NCBI GenBank assembly: GCA_043228905.1
Contig: JBHGNT010000117.1
Coordinates: 1 to 64,000, forward strand
Length of the DNA: 64,000 nt
Origin: Azolla caroliniana
Lineage: Eukaryota > Plantae > Polypodiophyta
Reading direction: 5' to 3'
Shown in pieces: positions 37,676 to 51,166 of the stretch (its first letter is position 1; every line of letters begins with the position of its first letter). Below the pieces are notes generated by a model. That model ran no database searches. It saw nothing but the letters and a program-made list of their open reading frames with translations, and was not told where the DNA came from. The position numbers and the translations under genes are program-made.

Positions 37676-40205
37676 CCATTTAATATCCCGTGGTGAGAAT
37701 TTACCGTAGTATTCTATACACATGGATAAGTGTGAGGGTTAAACGAGAGTGTAAAGAAGGGGAGGATTACTTTTAATCCTTGGGATTGAGACAACCCATT
37801 AGGTCAAGTGTGAAGTTGCCTGGGGGCCTTGGGTATTGCTATAAATAATAGGCCTAGCTACCCTCATTGGATTATCTTTTTTACTACATCGAGACTTTGC
37901 TCTTGTGGTGGGTCAACTCGACGCCACAGTGGTGGTATGGGACACCGATCGAGGCTCGAGTCCATCTCAATCCCTTCGCTCGGGGGTGGTCGGGTGGAGC
38001 GGCACCCTTCTTTCTCTTTCTCCTTTCTATCTATCATTTATTTATCCTTATCTTAAGCTTACTTTAGTACTTAGATCTCTAATATTTGGTATCAGATTTA
38101 TGTACTAATGTTTCTTTGTTTTTCATTTGTCTTTTGATTGATGCTGATCGATCGATGTGCGGTCGGCCTTGATCCAGACAAGGATCAACAAAGAACTTCG
38201 GTAACTCTTTCCATAATTTTTCTTTCTATTCTCTCTTCTCCCATCTAATCATGTGTTTAGTTTATATGTCATTAGTTTTCATTAAGTCAATGATGTTGTA
38301 GTGGTCTTTAATTGATTATCTAAAACGTTTACATATGTGCATGAGGTCAATACCTCGTTTGACATATTAATAATATGTGATGAGTGTCGTATGCGTACGA
38401 AGTTAATACCTCAATTACGTATTACATTCACGAACATATCTTACGTTTGCGTATGAGTTTAATACCTTGATTTGTTGTAAACGATATGCGGTTGGTCTCG
38501 TATGCGTAAGAGGTCAATACCTCAATTGCGTATTACGATGATCTCTTATTTGAGGATGTTTCGTGTGTGTAGAGGTATATACTTCGATTACGTATCTCGA
38601 TCACATCATTTGTGGCTATTTAATATAACGATATGTTAATATAGGCATATGTGGTCACGTATATACGTATTTGATCGTATATATGTGATAAATAAACATA
38701 TGTGTATATTCGTTATTACGTGATTATATCAAAAGTTGTCCTTGTCGGGAAAAGGATGTTGGTGGCCGTCCTCACATTTTTGTGAGAATGACGTTGTCAC
38801 CATCGCTTTTTCAACAATTTTTTATTGTTGACAACCCCGTTGATGACCTCGATTTCGTTACGTAAAGAAATGCCTATAGCCATAATGATGTTGAGTACGT
38901 AGGGCTTGACCCATTTTAAGTGAGGTCACTCCAATGACACACGTATCCAACATCGCTCCCTCGTTACATGGATACGATGCCACCATGAGCTCGTTCTTAC
39001 GAGAGGCATTCGTAATGACGTGACCATGTGATGGGCCACGTGAGCCTACTACAAAACGAGGGCTCATTTGGCTTGACCATTAGGTTGCACTTTGGTGTAT
39101 GCGATCGTAATTACGAGACTTGAGGTTAGGTAACGTACCAACATAGTTTTGGTAAATGAGGGCGAAATAAGGACCCTTGACATATATGTTCTTTTAGGAA
39201 AAACATATATGATCAATTGTCTCGCATATCTCTTATACGCATCAAACATTAAGCATTCGAGAAGAGCAAATTACTTGGTTGGCTCAAGTGTTTAATGTAT
39301 TTGTCTCGAGGTCTCGAGTTCAAATATGACCAAGACCATACAACATCCTTGATACATATGACTATAACACATGTTTAGACTTAAGGTCTAAGTGCACCTC
39401 GGGGTCCTCGTAATAGGACTTAAAGAGCCGAAACCACATATGTGGGCACCGAAACATAGTTTATTGTTAACATTTTTTTCGTGTATAAACTATTCACGAC
39501 GCGAACATACATGGTTGAGCCTCGGGGAGCAACCATGAAAAAATCGATATAGAGATCAGGGAAAGACATTTATTTGTCACCCCCATGGTTTTTAAAATAC
39601 CTTTGTGTTACCATAGTAACCTGATCTTGAACCTCATCTCATACGTCTAGAGGGGTATTGACGTGAGATCATGATATCGATTAATGTTTGCCCAAGATAT
39701 GTTTACATCACGACATGATGTTATGACTATCTCTCTGGCGTTATCCTATTTCTTTTCCAGAAATAATCTTTAATGACTCAAATTAACGACCCGGTGTCAT
39801 CCGCTCAAGCGGAAGGAACTCAAGGGAATCCTCCTGGACAAATGTCCACTGAGATGTATTTGGCACAAATAACCCAATACCTTAGTTTCACCACTCAACA
39901 GATGACCGAACTTCGGCAATCTCAGAGTGCTCTTGAGGCACGTGTCATTAGTCTACAACGTGAGACTAATAGATCTGATGAGCGACAAGGTGAACCATCA
40001 TTTGTCGTTAAGCCATTTATGGGAGACAAAAAGGAAAGAACCAAACAAGCAATCTGCACATGGCTGGGACGATGGGAGTCTCATTTTGAGCTCTATCCCA
40101 CGCCAGATAGTACGAAGATTGCATATGTCGGCCGAGAACTCGGGGGTAAGGCTGTCGCCTGGTGGCGTGGGCTCCGTACTATGGGGAAATTTGGAGATAC
40201 CAGGA
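37676..40205 (+). mobile_element. Inverted, truncated chromovirus copy (LTR to 38084, leader, gag start)
   Basis: PBS TGGTATCAGA at 38087-38096; gag ORF from 39773. Confidence 0.9.
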
Positions 40206-40238
40206 CGAGGAGAGGCGCGATCGATGCCGAGAGGGGGA

Positions 40239-42009
40239 GGAACACATTGCTAACTTGCTTGGAAGGAATGGAACCACTAATGGGCTGTACAGATCTAGGG
40301 CTCCTGTCCAACCAAACGGCTCCTATTTTGGCTGGACTCAATCGTTTAACTCTTCATCTAATTGACTAAGGATTTCAAATTTGTTTGAGATGCTTGGGCT
40401 ATTAGTACTATGAATACTATCTTACACTCTATTAGTACTATTAAAACTATCAGACACTCCGAAGGGAAGAATTGACTCGGGTTTAGTACAGGCGACGATT
40501 TGATTTACCTGTCTTCTTGGCCTATGGGGACAATTGATGGCAATATTCCCTGGTCTACCGCAATAAAGGCATAATCGATTGACACGTCGTCGTTGCTTTT
40601 CTTCTTCCGATAACGGGCCGCGTCGACGCATGGTGTCGATCTCCATCAGTGTCGGAATATTGGCTTGAGGTACATCGTGTGCAAATGGTTTAGCCGTGAC
40701 TGAGGCGTATGTGGGTTCCGGCCGAGAGCGTGGTATTTGTAACTGAAGCTCCGAATGTCGTTCGAAAAGGCGGTTGTCGCATCGGACCGCTCGACTGATT
40801 GCCTCCGTAAGAGACTTTGGTTCTTCGGGGAAGGTTAAAAGCAGATCTTTGACATAATTGCGCAAGCCGTAGCGAAACTGCTCCATGAGGGCCTGATCAT
40901 CCCAGGGAATATCTGAGGCGAGTAGATGGAAATCCGCCGCGTAGGCAGAGGCTGGACGATCGCCTTGACGCAATCTTCAGATCTTGTTGATCGCCGTCCT
41001 GATGCTATCGGTATCTCCAAAGCAGGCTTTAAACTCACCAATAAAATCTTCAAAGTTATTAAGCAAGGGTGATTGTTTTTCTAGAAACGGAGCGAACCAT
41101 GCCAAGGCTGAGCCACTAAGTAACGTGCCTATTAGGCCGACTCGAGATGCATCAGTGGGATATCGGGAAGGATGCATATGGATGACTAAGCGTACCTGAT
41201 TAAGGAATCCCCGGAATTGCGATCGCATTCCATCAAATTTCACAGGAATTCCAATCTTGGGCTCTTTATGAAATCCTTGGGGACTTGATCCTTGTTGTTG
41301 CAACGCTGCTTCGAGTTGTTGTACCCGTAATGCTAACTCCCCATGTTGTTGCATTTGTTGTTTTTCGAGAGCGATTTGTTGCAGATCCCCTATCAACCAT
41401 TGGTTTTCTTGTTCTAGGGCAACAAACTTTTCTTTTAGGAACTGTAACTCGGAGAAAACGGATTGATATTCTTGGGCGCTAACAGTAGCCATAGTATAGG
41501 GAAAAGGGTAGGAGGATGAGGGAGAACGACAAGTAGGCTGGAGGAAAGGAGAAATTGGTTCAAACTGTCAGGAATAGTACTAAAGCAGAGATTGAATTAG
41601 TACTAAGAAGAGCAGTACTATTAGTACTAAGAGGACGGGACTGCGTAAGATTCCTGAGAGAGGAAGTGAGAAGAGGAGAGAGAGAGATAGCGAGGATGAA
41701 AGAGAGAGAATGATGATGACAGCAGCTAATATCTTATGTGAAAAGATAAGTACAAGCAGCTAAGAGGCTTAAGACTGGCGTTGAACCAATTTGGTTCAAC
41801 ATAATGCCTAGTGCCTTCTTTTATAGTGTTGTCAGGAGTAATCCTGAAACTTCTAGAATGTTCCAGAGAAATCTGGAATATACATTACTTTCTTATAATA
41901 AAACATAAATGAAAATAATATCCTATGAATTACAATAGATGGTGTGATGGTTAAGAGCTCGACCCATATACCATAAGGTCATGGGTTCGAGTCTTGCCAT
42001 ATCATGACA
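40239..42009 (-). mobile_element. Tf1/sushi-like Gypsy fragment (5' LTR 41566-42009, gag with CCHC knuckle)
   Basis: TGTCA..TGACA LTR; gag PVKFDG..FRGFL, RQGDRPASAYAADF, LCLYCGRPGNIAINCP; non-tRNA PBS. Confidence 0.85.
41936..41999 (+). other. tRNA-like (Pol III A-box/B-box) segment inside the LTR
   Basis: TGGTGTGATGG (A-box-like) and GGTTCGAGTC (B-box), ending GCCA; no clean cloverleaf. Confidence 0.5.
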
Positions 42010-43110
42010 TATGGTTGAAGCGGCTACTTACGGACCTACAAGATGAGGTATTCGATCCGACGACGATCTACTGCGACAACCTCAGCGACATCCAGCTCGC
42101 GAAGAACCCCGTTTTCCATGCACGGACCAAGCACATTGAGGTGCACTACCATTTTGTCTGTGAGTGTGTCCTTTCTGGTGAAGTCGAACTTCAGTATGTT
42201 CCGACGGATCGGCAACAGGCCGATATTTTCACCAAGCCTCTTGGTATGTACAAGTTGCGGCAATTTTCGGGTGTGCTTGGGTTGCGTCACCTCGACATGC
42301 CGAACTTGAGGGGGAGAGACGTCCCAGATGACCACGGAAGGGAGCAGGAAAGGAGCCGAAAAGACCACGACTTCGGATCGGCTAAAGAAGCCGAGGGTGG
42401 ATCAATGGAAGAGTCCGAAAGCGGACATAAGGGGAGCAGTCGGAAGAAAGAACCAAAGCCAACCAAGCATGGGGGAGATGACGCCATCAAGGGCGAGAAG
42501 AGCGAAGACGAGTTGGAGACAGCCAACTCGGACGAGAGTGAAAACCGATCGGAAGTAGCCGAGTCGGTTCGGATGTTTGATTCGGATACACTGAATCAAC
42601 TGAGGGCCGAGTTGAAAAGAAGGCAGCAAGAGAAGCGCCAACACCGCGACAACAAGGGAGCTGTGAAGGGCCATGGGAGCAGACAAGCCGACCGAAAGGG
42701 TCGAAGCGCACAAAGTCGAACAGGCCAAGAAGCGCGAGCGAGGCGTGGAGCTAGGAGGAACTGGAGCAGTGATCCGGAAGATCCGGAAGAGTCTCAAGTT
42801 GAGCTTGAGGGGGAGTGTTGGGAGACAAGCTCAACATCGTTTGGATCGGTCGGGACCGATCGGCTAGGCCGGATCGGTTGGATACCGGTACGCAGATCGG
42901 TGCGTAGAAAGGCCGGATCGGTGCAAAATTTGTGAGGCCATCAGAATGATATTCCACAAGGAATATATTGGGGAGTAAGTGTAAGGGCTCCTTAATGACC
43001 ATTGAAGTACTATTAGTACTTCTGTCAGTCCGAAAAGGACTTGTATAATAGTATGCATTGAACACACACGATGTATAGATTAAGTATTATTTTGAATATA
43101 CTTCTATTCT

Positions 43111-43143
<33 letters not shown>

Positions 43144-43235
43144 GTGCGTACTGTGCAAACCTAAGCTTTCCATTAAACTTGTGTTTTCTGTTGTTCGGTT
43201 TCCTATATTGCTTCCGCACGCCATTCTTTTCAACA
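42010..43235 (+). mobile_element. Ty1/Copia 3' remnant (RNase H, PPT, 3' LTR 42816-43235)
   Basis: IYCDN..AKNPVFHARTKHIEVHYHF..QQADIFTKPL; GAGGGGGAG then TGTTG...CAACA; abuts albumin 5'UTR sequence. Confidence 0.9.
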
Positions 43236-43867
43236 TTGCTCCCTCCACCTTTATATACACATGGCCATGCAATCAGAGCACATCCATGTCACTCACCACT
43301 CCCATTACCATAATGTGTGTGTCCTGTGTACCACTCTTGCAAAAGACCCATGCCAACTAGTCCACCCTCCCACACATCTAGCCTAGTCCTAGGTGTCATA
43401 TTGTCCCTACAGAATTTGGGCGCAACCTCCTCCTCGCGTGAGAACTTGTCGAGCAACGATAGCATGTACACTTGCACGTGTGTGTAGGGGTGTGTGGGTA
43501 CGTGCACATTAAACTAGAACCCGCTAACGCCCAAACACTAAGCATGTGGAGGCTGCGGTGGGACAAATATGGCTCCAAGTGTGCTACATTGATGAATGTA
43601 GATAGACTGGTGTCGTTCGTATACCTCCTTCCAAAGGATTATCCTTGGGAGCCTCCTAGGTCTCTCCGTCTAATCCCGAGAGGAACGTGGGGTTGGGATT
43701 GCGGACTTTGCATCGCTCGTTCGAACGGGGGGTTGGTAAGAACGACAAGGTAAAGCTACCTGGACTACCACACTAGGAGTGTCCTATCCGGCAAGTGTGG
43801 AACGCAAGTTCACATTCGCCATTGTGTACAAGTTGACCTTAGTTGTTGACATGGCGTGTGCGGTAAG
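43236..43867 (-). promoter_or_regulatory. Orphan albumin promoter and upstream spacer (coding region lost)
   Basis: Homologous to the other promoters; RY mutated to CATCCATG. Confidence 0.7.
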
Positions 43868-46800
43868 GATGTGGTGGTGTCTGTTCTAGACTCAACTCTT
43901 GCCCAGTATTTTACAAAATAACTGTCATCAGGATACTTTCCTCAAAGGTGATCATAAACATCTGATGTTATATCAGTGAAGCTAAGCATGTTAACTTCAC
44001 GGATGCGACTTAGTGCATCAGCGACAGTTCTCATGGAACCTTTATGATATCGTATGGAAAACTCAAGTCTTGCATGAGATCAATCCATCGTGCCTTACGA
44101 CATTTCAGGTCTTGTTGGTCACAAAAATATTTGAAGGACTCGTGGTCTGTAGTTACCACAAAGCGATTTCCATAAAGATAATGGTGCCATGTTTTGAGCG
44201 CATGTATAACTACAAATAATTCCTTTTCTTGAACAGTATACCGACATTGAGCAGAATCAAGTTTCTTACTCTCGAATGCTATTGGTTTACCATCTTGATA
44301 TAAAACAACAACTATAGCCTAATCGCTTGCGTCGTCAATTGGGAGTAATTACCAAGGGATTTTCGCAAAAACCCAACAAAACCAAGGAATGATCGAACTT
44401 CTTGAATATTCTAAAGAGTGGGCGAAAGCTTAATATTCTCGATGCAAAAAGGATCAATTTCTACTCCTCGTTCGGTTATGAGATGTCCAAGATAAGTAAA
44501 TGATTTCTTGAAGAACTCACATTTTGAGATCTTCGCATAAAACTGTTTGTCACGCAGTGTTTGTAAAACAAAGCGGACATGTGTAGCATGTTCTTGTAAT
44601 GTACGGCTATAAACTAAAATATCATCCAAGAAAATAACAACAAATTTTCCAAGTTGTTCGCCGTTTTAGGAACATCGTCCTCACTTATACGAATATGATG
44701 GTAGCCAGTACGGCAATCAAGTTTCGTAAAATACTGAGCTCCCTGGAGACGGTCAATTAAATCGTCAGCTCGGGGCAATGGATACGAATTCTTGATCGTC
44801 ACTTTATTCAAGCGTTGGTAATTAATACATATACGCCATGTGCCCTCTTTCTTTTGAACTAGAGAGCTGGTGCACCCCATGGAGATTTACTATAACGTAT
44901 ATAACCCATTCGTAAATAGTCCTTGAGTTGCTTAGATACCTCATCTTCTTCGGATCGACTTAAGCAATAAGGTGGTATACATATTGGTGCAATGCCAGGT
45001 ACACTATCTATATGATGGTCTATATTACGTTTAGGAGGTAACCCATCTGGTAGTTCACTCGGAAAAACATCACGAAAATCCTTTATGGTCTGCCACTTTA
45101 GCGTTGTTATCGTGCTCTTTCCGGTGAAACTAAGGTATTGGGTTATTTGCGAAAAATACATCTCAATGGACATTTGTCCAAGAGGATTTCCTTGAGTTCC
45201 TTCCACTTGAGCGGATGACATTGGGTCGTTATTTTGAGCCATTGATTGGTTATTTCTGGCAAAGAAATAGAAGAAGGTCAGACAAATAGTCATAACATCA
45301 TGTCGTGATGTAAACATATCATGGGAAAACATTAATCGATATCATTATCTCACGTCAATACCCCTGTACACGTATGAGATGAGTTTCAAGATCAGGTTAC
45401 TATGGTAACACAAAGGTGTTTTAAAAACCATGGGGGTCACAATTTAATGTCTTTTCTTGATCTCTATATCGATTTTTTTATTGCGGCTCCCCGAGGCTCA
45501 ACCATGTATGTTCGCGTCATGAATAGTTTATACACGAAAAAAAGGTTCACAATAAACTATGTTTCGGTGCCCACATATGTGGTTTCGGCTCTTTAAGTCC
45601 TATTACGAGGACCCCGAAATGCACTTAGACCTTAAGTCTAAACATGTGTTATAGTCATATGTATCAACAATGTTGTATGGTCTTGGTCATATTTGAACTC
45701 GAGACCTCGAAAACAAATACATTAAACACTTGAGCCAACCAAGTAGATTGCTTTTCTTTGAATGTCTAATGTTTCATGCGTATAAGAGATATGCAAGGCA
45801 TTCACCCATATATGTTTTTCTTAAAAGAAACATATATGTCAAGAGTCCTTATTTCGCCCTCATTTACTACAACTATGTTGGTACGCTACCTAACCTCAAG
45901 TTTCGTAATTACGATGGCATACGCCAAAGTGCAACCTAATGGTCAAACCAAATGAGCCCTCTTTTCGTAGTACGCCCATGTGGCCCATCACATGGTCACG
46001 TCATTATGAATGCCTCTCGAAAAAAAGATCTCATGGTGGCATCGTATCCATGTAATGAGGGAGGGATGTTGGATACGTGTGTCATAGGAGTGACCTCACA
46101 TGAAGTGGGTCAAGCCCTATGTACTACACATCATTATGGCTATAGGCGTTTCTTTACATAACGAAATATCGAAGTCAACAACAGGGATTTCAACAATAAA
46201 AAGGGATGGTGACAACATTATTCTCACAAAAATGTGAGGACGGCCACCAAAATCCTTTCCCCGAAAAGGAAAACGTTCGATTTAAAATCATGTAATAACT
46301 TATATACACATGTGTATATTATCACATATAGACGATCAACTACGTATACAGGTGACCACATATGCCTATATTAAACAAATCGTTATATTTAATAGCCAAA
46401 AATGACGTAATCGAGGCATATACCTCTACACACACGAGACATCAAAAAATAAGGGTTAATCGTAATATGCAATTGAGGTATTGAGCTCATACGCATACGA
46501 GAGCAAATACATATCATTTACAACGAATCGAGGTATTGAGCTCATATGCAAACGTAATATATGTTTGTGAACGTAATATGCAATTGAGGTATTAACCTCG
46601 TGCGCATACGACACTCATCACATATTCAATATACATCAAATGAGGTATTCACCTTATACACATATGTAAACATTTTATAAAACCAATGAATTACCACTAT
46701 AACATCATTGACTTAATGAAAAAAATCTCCATATTAACCATACACATGATTAGATGGGAGAAGAAAAAATAGCCAAAAAAAAACAAGAAAGATTACCGAA

Positions 46801-47371
46801 GTTCCTTTGTTGATCCGTGTCTACATGAAGGCCGACCGCACGTAGATCGATCGCCATCAATCAAAAACACAAAAGACAACAAAAGAAACATTAGAAAATG
46901 AACTCTGATACCAACTGATAGATACATGAACTAATGTAAGCATCAGATAAGGATAGAATATAGATAAATCGATAGAAAGGAGAGAGAGAAAGAAGGGTGC
47001 CGATCCACCCGACCACCCCCGAGTGAAGGGATCGAGACGGACTCGAGCCTCGATCGGCGTCCCATACCACCGACGTGGCGTCGAGTCATACCTGGTGCTG
47101 CCGCGCTTGCTACAAGAGTTGACCCACTACAAGACAGAGTCTCGACATAGTCAACAAATGATGAAATGAAGGTAGTTAGGCCTCTTATTTATAGTGATAC
47201 CCAAGGCCCCCAACAATGTTCACACTTGGCCTAGTGGGTTTTCTCAATCCCGATGATTAAAAGCAATCCTCCCCTTGTTTACACTCTTGTTTAACCCTCA
47301 CACTTATCCACGTGTATAGAATACTACAGTAAATTCTCACCACGGGATATTATATGGTCATGCCCATAATA
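43868..47371 (-). mobile_element. More diverged, multiply deleted chromovirus copy (5' LTR 46916-47371; gag, RT and RH fragments)
   Basis: PBS at 46904-46913; retains the RT core (WRICINYQRLN, FLDDILVYS) that is missing in 696-7272. Confidence 0.88.
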
Positions 47372-47902
47372 GCTCTGGTAGGACAAGTATGGTTCCGAGT
47401 GTCCTACATCGATGAACGTAGATAGACCGGTGTCAGTACTACCTCCTGGCAAAGCAGTATCCTTGGGAGCCTCCGAGCTCTCTCCGTCTAATCTCGAGAG
47501 GAACGTGGGGTTGGGGTTGCGGATCTTGCATCGCTCGTTTGGACGAGAGGTTGGTCAAAACGACAAGGAAAGCTACCCAGACTACCATACTAGGAGTGTC
47601 CTATCGGGCAAGTGTGGAACGCAAGTTCACATTCACCGCTATGTACAAGTTCACCTTAGCCGTTGATGTGGCGTGTGCGGTACGAGTGTTTGGTTCGAGA
47701 TTCTTTTTCCGTTTGGGTGGTTTGCAATTAATATAGAGAAATTCTATACGTTGGAGGGACGTTGTTGATCGAAAGACGTTGGTGCTCGTGTTTACGTTCA
47801 TGTGGGTGTAATGCGCGATTAGGGAGACGCACTTGTTCGTAAACACTTACGAGAAATTAGAGAGAGACCACGAGAATAATTTGAACAAGGTTTATGTACT
47901 AT

Positions 47903-49180
47903 TTAGAAGCGACGAATACAAGCACGAGGGTGAAGATCGCAGTGTTGGAGTAGGCGGGAGGCGGCGACGCCTAGAGCTCTTTCCTCGTCATCGGCTTTGA
48001 ATTGGCGACGTTGTTGACGTTCGTCCTCTTGTCGTCGAGACATGCGGTGGCGGCGTTCGTCACCCTCTCGTCGCTCACGGCTGCTATCTCTCTCGCGCTC
48101 CTCGTCCTCTTCCTCCCAGCTACGGTGTTCCCTTGATTGTTGGCCATGGTGTCGGCCTTCATCATTGCGTCGTTCCTCCTTGTCAGCATACAAGGCATCA
48201 CGTAGGCGATCGCATCGATCTTCGGCGGGGATTCGTTCGACGTTCCTGCAGCACCGTTCTGAGGGTCTTGAGTATCGAGTGTTTTCGATCCATGGGGAGC
48301 GACACCCTTGTTCACCTTCCTCTCGTTTGGAGCGCTCTTGTAGGTCTCGGATCTGCTTGGTGAGGAAATCACCACACGCTCGCCTTAGTTCCTCGTCACG
48401 TGGCTCATCGCGACCACGGCTACGACGTTCCCTCTCCTCTTCGGAGTCTCTCTTCTTGTCTTTGTAGCGGCGTCCCTCCTCAAGGAACCCCTCACAATGT
48501 CGCTCGCGCCTCTCGTCATCGGCCTTCAATTGGTGACGTTGTTGACGTTCATCCTCTTGTCGTCCAGGCATGTGGTGGCGGCATTCGTCACCCTCTCGTC
48601 GCTGATGGTTGCTATCTCTCTCGCGCTCCTCGTCCTCTTCCTCCCACTTACGGTGTTCCCTTGATTGTTGGCCTTGGTTGCGGCCTTCATCATTGCGTTA
48701 TTCGTCCTCGTCAACATACAAGGCATCACGTCGGCGATCGCATCAACCTTCGGTGGGGTTTCGTTCGACGTTCCTACAGCACCATTCTGAGGGTCTTGAG
48801 TATCGAGTGTTTTCGATCCATGGGGAGCGACGTCCTTGTTTACCTTCCTCTCTTTTGGAGTGCTCTTGTAGCTCTCAAATCTGCTTGTCTATGAAGTCAC
48901 CACACTCTTGCCTCAGTTCCTCGTCACGTGGCTAATCACGACCATGATTACCACGTTCCCTATCCTCTTCGGAGTCTCTCTTGTTGTCTCTGTAGTCGTG
49001 CCCCTCCTTAAGGAACCCCTCACGATGTCGCTTGGGCCTCTCGTCATCGAACTCCCCCTCTCGGGGTCGATCGAGCCTCTCCTCGTCAACGTCTCCCTCA
49101 TGACGTTGATCACGTCGCTCCTCTTCACGGTCCTGCCCTACGGACCTTGCATTGATCGTGGTACACATGCCGAGCATGAT
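47903..49180 (-). pseudogene. Two albumin copies fused head-to-tail; start codon deleted
   Basis: Junction near 48512-48521 at the shared CGATGACGAG; the upstream copy lacks MAKLTSVFLMAV. Confidence 0.85.
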
Positions 49181-49580
49181 CCGATTATCCTTATGATTCG
49201 AGTGCTTTTCTTCTAATGGATTGTATTGACATTGCTCCCTCCACCTTTATATACACATGGCCCTGCAATCAGAGCACATGCATGTCACTCACCACTCCCA
49301 TTACCATAATGTGTGTGTCATGCGTACAACTCTTTCAAAAGACCCATGCCAACTAGTTCACCCTCCCACACGTCTAGGCTAGTCCTAGGTGTCATATTGT
49401 CCCTACACAATTTGGGCGCAACCTCCTCCTCGCGTGAGAACTTGTCGAGCGACGATAGCATGTACACATAGGTAAACGTGTGCACTTGCATGTGCGTGTA
49501 GGGGTGTGTGGGCACGTGCACATTAAACTGGAACCTGCTAACGCCCAGACACTAAGCATCTGGAGGCTACAGTGGGACAA
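49181..49580 (-). promoter_or_regulatory. Storage-protein promoter
   Basis: TATA near 49246, CATGCATG at 49277, CACGTG at 49513. Confidence 0.7.
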
Positions 49581-50096
49581 GTATGGTTCCGAGTGTGCTA
49601 CATCGATGAACGTAGATATACCGGTTTCGTCCATACTACCTCCTTCCGAAGGAGTATCCTTGGAAGCCAACATGCTCTCTCCATCTAATTCCGAGAGGAA
49701 CGTGGGGTTGGGGTTGAGGATCTTGCATCGCTCGTTCGGACGGGGGTTGGTAACAACGACAAGGAAATCTACCCGGACTACCACACTAGGAGTGTCCTAT
49801 CCGGCAAGTGTGGAACGCAAGTTCACATTTGCCATTGTGTACAAGTTGACCTTTGCCATTGACTTGGCGTGTGTGGTACGTGTGTTTCGTTCAAGATTTT
49901 TTTTCGGTTTGGGTGGGTTGTTGTAAATCTAGAGAAATTTTAAACGCTGGAGGGACATTGTTGGTCGAAAGACTTTCGTGTTTATGTTCGTGTGGGTGTA
50001 AAGCACGATTAGGGAGAAACAGTTGTTCGTAAACACTTAACGACGAGAAATTAGACAGAGACCACTAGAATAATTTGAACAAGGTTTATGTACTAT

Positions 50097-50170
50097 TTAG
50101 AAGTGACGAATACAAGCACGAGGGAGAAGATCGCACTGTTGGAGTAGGCGGGAGCTGGCGACGTCTAGAG
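50097..50170 (-). pseudogene. Albumin C-terminal remnant fused to Gypsy integrase
   Basis: VASSRLLQQCDLLPRACIRHF at the end of ORF 50097-50414. Confidence 0.85.
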
Positions 50171-51166
50171 TTGTTACTGTGGTTTTAGTAGCAATAACTT
50201 TGGCCATTTTAGTTAGTCTATCAACCACAACCCAGATTGCATCATGGCCTTTTTGGTTGCAAGGAAGGCTAACAATAAAATCCATGGATATACTTTCCCA
50301 CATATTATTGGGAATGTCCAAGGGATGTAAAAGTCCTTCGTCTTTAAGTTGCTCGGTTTTGTTAACCTGACATTGGTGACATTTAGTCACATAATTATGT
50401 ATGTTAGGACGCATCTTAGGCCAATAAAATTGAGTGGAGATGAGAACGAGTGTACGATGTATTCCAGGGTACCCTGCTGAGGGTGCATCATGCCATTCAA
50501 AAAGAATCCTCTTTTTGACCTTGGTTAAATCTAGAACACAAACCTTCCCATTACGGTACAGCAGACCATTAGCAATGTGGAAATATTACTTCGAGGATGT
50601 GGTGGTGTCTCTTCCAAACTCAACTCTTGCCTAGTATTTTGCAAAATAACTGTCATCAGGATACTTTCCTCGAAGGTGATCATAAACATCTGATGTTATT
50701 TCAGTGAAGCTAAGCATGTTAACTTCACGGATGCGACTTAGTGCATCAGCGATAGTGTTCATGGAACCTTTCCGATATCGTATGGAAAAATCAAAATCCT
50801 GAATGAGATTAGCCCATCGTGCCTTACGACCTTTTAGGTTTTGTTGGTCACATAAATATTTCAAGGACTTGTGGTCCATAGTTACCACAAAGCGATTTCC
50901 ATAAAGATAATGGCGTCATGTTTTGAGCGCATGTATAACTGCAAATAATTCCTTTTCTTGAACGGTATACTGGCATTGAGCAGAATCCAGTTTCTTACTC
51001 TCAAATGCTATTGGTTTACAATCTTGATAAAAGACAGCACCTATAGCATAATCTCTTGCATCGGTTTCAACCTCGAAAGCTTTTTAAGGATCGGGTAAAA
51101 GAAGTGAAGGAGCCTTGCATACTAGGTCCTTGAGTTCCTTAAAGGCGAGGTCTAGTGTGGCATTCC
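50171..51166 (-). mobile_element. Chromovirus pol fragment (RNase H to integrase)
   Basis: Homologous to about 2105-3100. Confidence 0.9.

Noticed and set aside
41936-41999. Functional tRNA gene
   Set aside because: No consistent acceptor or anticodon stems could be folded by eye.
42320-42935. Charged C-terminal extension of the Copia ORF as a separate gene
   Set aside because: Low-complexity read-through across the 3' region and into the LTR.
43114-43141. (CT)n microsatellite
   Set aside because: Ordinary feature of an LTR.
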